Shown: piece after piece, positions 59,801 to 64,000 of the stretch
Numbering within the stretch: the stretch's first letter is position 1
How the letters are laid out: each line of letters starts with the position of its first letter
From: a virus
Virus record (IMG/VR): IMGVR_UViG_3300021425_000027
Span: 5,363-69,362 of that record
Reading direction: 5' to 3' (one strand)
DNA length: 64,000 nt
Notes under the pieces: model-generated
Told to the model about the DNA's origin: nothing
The model's input: only the letters and a program-made list of their open reading frames with translations
The model's database searches: none
Position numbers and translations under genes: made by a program

Positions 59801-60211
59801 ACAGAATTATCTACTTATGCACAAGATGGTTCATTAGCCAAAGCCGCAACTGATATAGGAGAAATTGCAAACGCTGTTAATACTATAGATATTTACAAAG
59901 CAGAGGCCTTTGCAAATCTATTTAAAGGTGCTGGTGATTTAAGCTCAAATAAACAAGCATATCAACAATTAGCAGAGGCAGTTGAGGAAATTAAAGATTT
60001 ATTAGGTAATCAAGGTTCAGGTATTGGGGATGCAGTAGGAGGAGCTATTGATAAGGCATTTGGTGGCGGATCACAACAAGAAAATACTGGTAATAATGCT
60101 GGCTTAGGAAGAACTTTACAAAAGATAAATTCATCTTTAGGTAGACTTGAATCAACGATGGGAATGTTACCAGCTTCAATTCAATCTATTAAAATAGTCG
60201 TGCCTCAATAA
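56879..60211 (+). CDS. Tape measure protein
   Basis: 1110 aa, Ala/Gly-rich, with a long hydrophobic central region and internal repeats; follows the chaperone genes. Confidence 0.8.
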   Translation: MAAITLKDLMGPLSKMEAYANETNESIKKIEEFIIHGMGSRGSNPGDALNQQILQTNVQQLAAVQETNNILRNLLAVTIGEAEQTKSFTFQRLRDRAFDRLAGSKDSKNLDKIAAALADNNNNKKSKVKTGKVKGDGAQALKDLGMGALLTGKAMLIWSIVPKKAVDKFLDFVVKSFEKFEQFNVKKVQRGIDALDLMGDAIIKFSVALAVSTPLILVGLIGLPILIPTLFFMGGIFSILGSKKFSQRVKRGAKSVDIMGDAILSFGLGLAAFALASAIVLAQPLLLVSMVGSLLLIGGAVALLGNKKMSKELREGAGTLSILGLGIAVFGLGYAVFASSFPSNVGLGTILLQGAAILAVGVSSALVGKFGYTNILQGALALAVNGLGLLVFNMGYVPFADATKGMSLGDILIQSGVLVAVGGVMALAGLAVAGSMGAVLLGPVLFGAAGGALLLLAPGLKAMKDLKYTEKDSKELATTLGAVAMAFSGVNPDSGVFGMIGGLFTRVVQSGGGLIAAQMYATAGSALQELSKGLSAFKDVGFTEEDSKELAIALGAVSGAFAQAGGEPASPGGLFGAVFGNTFSPNATERGIDSVMDSGKALNSIVEGLASFLDLKKKYKLDGDAFKDGGYLNTSITETLGFLNSAFAAIGSNETSDSALFGLFQWDENNVEKGIDAVKGSGKALNDIVDGLGGFLDLKNKYGLTSDSFKSDGFLAVAIKDTLGFVSKAFATIGGKEVEDGWGPFSWDENLVEKGINAVKGAGTELTNIATGLKTFQDLVKQEVDFAKDGDLAKAVTNSLTFVGDAFAVIGGKEEKDGWFMFSWDENLVEKGVNAVRGAGTELTNIATGLKSFIDLVDSEIDFEPTGKLAKAIKNSLTLVGNAFAVIGGKEVEAGGLLISWDQNLVEKGIDAVDGAGTALTDIAKGLQSFADLENPGAIAKSIDTLFTSIGDTFAKYYDDTTFRTDLDHMQGFITELSTYAQDGSLAKAATDIGEIANAVNTIDIYKAEAFANLFKGAGDLSSNKQAYQQLAEAVEEIKDLLGNQGSGIGDAVGGAIDKAFGGGSQQENTGNNAGLGRTLQKINSSLGRLESTMGMLPASIQSIKIVVPQ
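58600..59670 (+). repeat. About five 77-83 aa repeats in the tape measure protein (F.WDENLVEKGI.AV.GAG..L..IA.GL)
   Basis: Near-identical DNA at about 59111 and 59342 (231-nt period). Confidence 0.8.
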
Positions 60212-60228
60212 TATTTTACATTTTCTTA

Positions 60229-60255
60229 AAACTAAGTTAACCTGTTACTATATAA
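60229..60255 (+). promoter_or_regulatory. Class B phage promoter AAAC-N17-ATATAA
   Basis: Repeated motif upstream of the exonuclease gene. Confidence 0.5.
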
Positions 60256-60289
60256 AATTAACAGATAGTTCACGAAAAAGTATAGTATT

Positions 60290-61090
60290 ATGGATAAAGT
60301 AAAAAGTATTGTTTGGTTTGATTTGGAAACCACTGGAGTAAACACAGCAACAGATCGTATCATTGAGATTTGTATGATAAAAACCGATTTTGATGGAAAC
60401 GAAACGGATCGCTTCTACTCACTCGTAAATCCAGGTACAGATGTTGAATGGCGACAAGAGGCGATCGATAAACATGGTATCACACCAGATGTACTTAGTG
60501 ACAAGGATAGGTTTGAATATATTGCAAAAGATGTTGTAGACTTTATAGGTGATTCTGACCTTGGTGGCTATAATGCCCTTTATTTTGATATCCCAATGCT
60601 TACCGAAGAATGTATGAGGGCTGGTATTGTATTTAATCATCGTAACCGAGCTGTTATTGATCCTTTTATTATTTACTCAAAATATGAAAGGAGAGACTTA
60701 AGTACTGCATACACTAAATACACAGGTAAGACCTTAGAGGACGCACACCGTGCAGAAAATGACATTAGAGCTACAATGGAAATATTCCAAGCCCAACGTA
60801 AGCTTTATGATATGCCACAAACAGCCGAAGAAATTGATAAAGAAGTCAATGAGTCTCGGCAATCTCAAGTTGATTTAAGTGGTAAGTTTAAGTTTGCTGA
60901 AATTAATGACAAGAAAGAAATTGTTTTTAATTTTGGTAAGTGGAAGGGAAAACCGTTTCGTGAGGTGTATGAAGCAGATTCACGATACATTGAATGGATG
61001 ATTGATAAAGGGGAGTTTTCAAAAGAAACAAAAATCATTGCTCGTAAGCTTATGGAAAAGATGAGAGCTGAAACCGCATCTCCATTTTAA
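60290..61090 (+). CDS. DEDDh 3'-5' exonuclease (DnaQ/epsilon-like)
   Basis: FDLETTG, HGI, GYN..FD, AHRAEND and the C-terminal FNFGKWKG...YIEW. Confidence 0.9.
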   Translation: MDKVKSIVWFDLETTGVNTATDRIIEICMIKTDFDGNETDRFYSLVNPGTDVEWRQEAIDKHGITPDVLSDKDRFEYIAKDVVDFIGDSDLGGYNALYFDIPMLTEECMRAGIVFNHRNRAVIDPFIIYSKYERRDLSTAYTKYTGKTLEDAHRAENDIRATMEIFQAQRKLYDMPQTAEEIDKEVNESRQSQVDLSGKFKFAEINDKKEIVFNFGKWKGKPFREVYEADSRYIEWMIDKGEFSKETKIIARKLMEKMRAETASPF

Positions 61091-61127
61091 ATTGTTAATA
61101 ACTTTTTGAAAAAAGTCTAGGAAAAAT

Positions 61128-61158
61128 TTTCAATTCCCAACAATTTTGATTATATTTA
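61128..61158 (+). promoter_or_regulatory. Class A promoter TTTC-N19-TATATTTA
   Basis: Heads the small-ORF (early-type) region. Confidence 0.6.
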
Positions 61159-61181
61159 TAATATACAAAATTAAACGGAAT

Positions 61182-61394
61182 ATGGAACACGAAAACGGAT
61201 ACCTTCCTAAAATTGCCTACCACATGGCAACTAATAACCACGCCTCGGTAGACCACTTTACTGAACGTCAAATTGCTCGCTACGGTGAACTTACCTGCGA
61301 GGATATGGTCTTCATCAGTAAGACTGTTCAATCTCTTCAACGCCAATGGGCACAAGAAGAAAAGGAATTTAACTCTCACCTTAACTACATCTAA
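61182..61394 (+). CDS. Hypothetical protein
   Basis: ATG 23 nt after the class A promoter. Confidence 0.6.
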   Translation: MEHENGYLPKIAYHMATNNHASVDHFTERQIARYGELTCEDMVFISKTVQSLQRQWAQEEKEFNSHLNYI

Positions 61395-61396
61395 TC

Positions 61397-61591
61397 ATGG
61401 AAAAAGGAACTATCGTAAAGTATGATGGCGGTTTCTATCGCATTACTCGTGAAACTAAAAACACAGTTAATCTAGGGGCCATTTTTGGTACTCATGTTTA
61501 TCACAAAGGAATTCAAAAGTCCGAGGTTACCGAAGCTCACGATGAGTGGTACCAAGGATGGACTCAGTCAGAAACTTATATGTCAATGTAA
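61397..61591 (+). CDS. Hypothetical protein (small beta-barrel-like)
   Basis: Tightly packed ORF. Confidence 0.6.
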   Translation: MEKGTIVKYDGGFYRITRETKNTVNLGAIFGTHVYHKGIQKSEVTEAHDEWYQGWTQSETYMSM

Positions 61592-61884
61592 TGAAAATAG
61601 ATATCTCAAAACTTAAAGAAGTTGAAAAAGCATTTGGTCAATTTGAAATTGGCCGTATCATGGGAAATGGTAATCATAACTATTTCCGCTTTGGATATTG
61701 GAACGGTGTAGATCTAGGTGTACTTAAAGAAATTATGGGACCTTCAATCGTAGTTGTCGAGGATGACATTTATGATGATGACTGTGGATGGAAGTACTCT
61801 TATACTCTCTATGAAAAATGGGAGTGGGACCAGATCCAAGAAAAACGAAAAGAACAAATGGAAAAGTGGAAATCTGAAAAGTAA
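61591..61884 (+). CDS. Hypothetical protein
   Basis: TAATG coupling with the upstream stop. Confidence 0.6.
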   Translation: MKIDISKLKEVEKAFGQFEIGRIMGNGNHNYFRFGYWNGVDLGVLKEIMGPSIVVVEDDIYDDDCGWKYSYTLYEKWEWDQIQEKRKEQMEKWKSEK

Positions 61885-61886
61885 TC

Positions 61887-61917
61887 TTTCAGATTCTTTT
61901 TGTATGTATTATATTTA
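61887..61917 (+). promoter_or_regulatory. Class A promoter TTTC-N19-TATATTTA
   Basis: Third copy with identical spacing. Confidence 0.6.
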
Positions 61918-61935
61918 ATTTAAATAAAGAAAACA

Positions 61936-62232
61936 ATGAGTAAATACCAAGAACTTTTACAAAATCCTCCAAGGATAAAGGTAGCACCTAATGCAAGAGA
62001 AGTTATTTTTAAGACGGTAAGTTGTATGTGTGACAATGTACATTATCTTAAATTTAAGAAAAATGCTGAAGGCGATTTTAAGATGTCAGGAAATGGCAAT
62101 GCTCTTTCTAATTGGCAAATGAAGCATACACCACATGATATTGAATGGGTTGCGGATGAAGGTAAATGGGGGCAAGTACGAAGAATGATAAACACGGGTA
62201 CTTCAAAAATTGAATCTGTTAAAAGTAGATAA
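61936..62232 (+). CDS. Hypothetical protein
   Basis: ORF directly after the class A promoter. Confidence 0.6.
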   Translation: MSKYQELLQNPPRIKVAPNAREVIFKTVSCMCDNVHYLKFKKNAEGDFKMSGNGNALSNWQMKHTPHDIEWVADEGKWGQVRRMINTGTSKIESVKSR

Positions 62233-62233
62233 A

Positions 62234-62467
62234 ATGGCAATAACAACTAAACCTATGCCAGGCTCTGAAAAGATTCATATTGATTTAAAAGGACCTGATG
62301 GAAATGCATTTGCATTGATTGGCTTGGCACAAAAGCTAGCCAAAGACTTACATTACCAACCAGAAGAAAGAGGTGAACTTACTACTGAAATGATGGGAGG
62401 TGATTATGAAAATCTTTTAATGGTGTTTGATCAACATTTTGGGGAATTTGTAACATTACATAAATAA
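62234..62467 (+). CDS. Small phage hypothetical protein
   Basis: IDLKGPDGNAF.L...M.GDYENL..VFD..FG, a pattern I recall from many phages. Confidence 0.65.
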   Translation: MAITTKPMPGSEKIHIDLKGPDGNAFALIGLAQKLAKDLHYQPEERGELTTEMMGGDYENLLMVFDQHFGEFVTLHK

Positions 62468-62931
62468 TGAAAAGAGTAGAAGATATGAGTACTGTGAATG
62501 GGACTAGTTTCCATGGACAGACTGTGTATGCAACAGTTAATGATCTTACTAAAATTTGCGGAGATCCTTACTGTGGTGATATTGAAGATAAAGTTCAGTA
62601 TGAATGGATTATGGAAACATCAGATGGCATTCCTTTTACAATTTATGACTGGAAAGAATATCGCCAGTATTCAAAAGAAGATGTTATTGAATGGCATATT
62701 GGTGGACATCGTGGATTGGATGCGATTAAAGGCATGAAAGAATTACAAGAATCTCTTTCTTCTAATGAAAGCTCAAGAGAAGACGAACAAATTGAAGCTA
62801 TCCTTGAAGAAGCAAATGCATTTGGTATGAGAGAAGAGGTTAAACTCTGGGCTGAAAAACTTATGTGTTTGGCACCGGACATGGATCCTATTGATGCATA
62901 CACCCACGGCTTTAACGAGTGGATTAAATAA
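62467..62931 (+). CDS. Hypothetical phage protein
   Basis: GTSFHG, GDP, DKVQYEW, FTIYDWK and WHIGG pattern. Confidence 0.65.
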   Translation: MKRVEDMSTVNGTSFHGQTVYATVNDLTKICGDPYCGDIEDKVQYEWIMETSDGIPFTIYDWKEYRQYSKEDVIEWHIGGHRGLDAIKGMKELQESLSSNESSREDEQIEAILEEANAFGMREEVKLWAEKLMCLAPDMDPIDAYTHGFNEWIK

Positions 62932-62939
62932 TATGAACC

Positions 62940-63098
62940 ATGACACCTAAGAAGAAAGATGACAAATTAGACTTCAACGGTGGATGGACTATAGGGGAAG
63001 CCGCTCATCATGTAGGAAAGAAAATGAAGGAGCAGGTCATTAAGGACAAGAGAAAGTATAACCGTAAGAAAAAACATAAAAATAAAGATGAAGATTAG
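62940..63098 (+). CDS. Small basic protein (52 aa) with an ArfA-like C-terminal motif; absent from the ORF track
   Basis: MTPKKKDDKLDFNGGWTIGEAAHHVGKKMKEQVIKDKRKYNRKKKHKNKDED. Confidence 0.5.
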   Translation: MTPKKKDDKLDFNGGWTIGEAAHHVGKKMKEQVIKDKRKYNRKKKHKNKDED

Positions 63099-63237
63099 TT
63101 TAACCTCCGTTTATGCACAGGTTTATGTTTTACCTACTATTAAGTGGACCTATGATAAATACTTATATGGGCATATGAACATTGAACTTTGGTGGTGGAA
63201 ATGGGGAATAGAAATAGCGTATGGAATACAAGAATAG
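63088..63237 (+). CDS. Small hydrophobic, Trp-rich protein (49 aa); absent from the ORF track
   Basis: MKISLTSVYAQVYVLPTIKWTYDKYLYGHMNIELWWWKWGIEIAYGIQE; overlaps both neighbours. Confidence 0.45.
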   Translation: MKISLTSVYAQVYVLPTIKWTYDKYLYGHMNIELWWWKWGIEIAYGIQE

Positions 63238-63685
63238 ATACAACGACATTTACACATTTACTTTAGATGAGGATAAGAATATCCTTTGGGAAGGGGAATT
63301 TAAGTATTATCGTACTGGGTGGCCTAATGTTTATAAGGAAGCCTACCAAGCATACTGCAAAGATGTAGGATCTAAAGGTGAACACCCTATGCACATAGAT
63401 TCATTTAAAGAAGCTGTTCATGAATCGGTTTATGATGATAATGATAGCTATGTAGGATTAGGTCCTATTGCAAAAAAGTATGGATCATTAATCTATTCAG
63501 ATAAAGATACTATTGATATGGTAGATCCTAGCGGAGGTCCTTACATTACTCTTCACCAAAACCTTTCATGGTTAGGAGAAGAATTTAAAGGCCTGTGTGT
63601 AGGTAGTCTTAAACCAATTGAGACGGGTTACAAGATTCATACATACGGAGAGTTTGACCATTTAAGAGAACGAACTGACGATTAA
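63221..63685 (+). CDS. Hypothetical phage protein
   Basis: YKNRY.D..TF and IDMVDPSGGPYI motifs. Confidence 0.65.
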   Translation: MEYKNRYNDIYTFTLDEDKNILWEGEFKYYRTGWPNVYKEAYQAYCKDVGSKGEHPMHIDSFKEAVHESVYDDNDSYVGLGPIAKKYGSLIYSDKDTIDMVDPSGGPYITLHQNLSWLGEEFKGLCVGSLKPIETGYKIHTYGEFDHLRERTDD

Positions 63686-63690
63686 GAGAG

Positions 63691-63822
63691 ATGAGTGATA
63701 AAAATAAAGAAACAGAGTTGCTAAGAGCTTCGTTAATGAAACAAGTTAGCGAACTAACTGATAATGAAATTATATCTTTATATGATAACTTATCTGAATT
63801 CTTTAAAACAAAAGAGAGATGA
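63691..63822 (+). CDS. Small hypothetical protein (43 aa)
   Basis: MSDKNKETELLRASL...KTKER; its stop overlaps the next ATG. Confidence 0.4.
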   Translation: MSDKNKETELLRASLMKQVSELTDNEIISLYDNLSEFFKTKER

Positions 63823-64000
63823 AAGAAGGAACATTAGTATGGATAGTAGCATCAGTAGAAAATGATGCCTTCCAAGCAAACTGCGACAATGATGAGATTG
63901 TAGTAGAGCCACACGGATATAAAGCAATGCCTTTGTATGCAGATAAGCAGTGGGTAAAACCACTTACTCAAGAAGAGATTGAAGAATACAGTAAGAACCT
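63819..64000 (+). CDS. Hypothetical protein (3' truncated by the window edge)
   Basis: MKEGTLVWIVASVEND... is open to the end of the window. Confidence 0.45.
   Translation, partial: MKEGTLVWIVASVENDAFQANCDNDEIVVEPHGYKAMPLYADKQWVKPLTQEEIEEYSKN

Noticed and set aside
1-64000. tRNA or rRNA genes, integrase, transposase, alternative genetic code
   Set aside because: No intergenic space with cloverleaf motifs was seen, no recombinase or transposase motifs were found, and core genes are intact in the standard bacterial code.

Overview
AT-rich, gene-dense, almost entirely plus-strand segment of a large T4-like contractile-tailed (myovirus, probably jumbo) phage. A Bacteroidetes host is inferred from the lack of Shine-Dalgarno sites, TTTC-N19-TATATTTA promoters and an Hc1-like small protein. 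The window holds the replication and recombination core (family B DNA polymerase split into two genes about 17 kb apart, NrdAB, clamp and clamp loader, UvsX, helicase, gp46/47, RNase H), late transcription genes, and head, packaging and tail genes. It also carries an unusually large glycan and DNA-modification arsenal: KdsA, PglF/D/E-like enzymes, at least seven glycosyltransferase-like domains, and a phosphatase-kinase-nucleotidyltransferase-epimerase set next to a T4 beta-glucosyltransferase-like protein and an atypical C5 cytosine methyltransferase. Other signals are two probable programmed frameshifts, nested internal starts in head genes, three distinct promoter classes and a NEIL1-type glycosylase. 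All family assignments rest on motif recognition by eye and remembered reference sequences; no database search was run.
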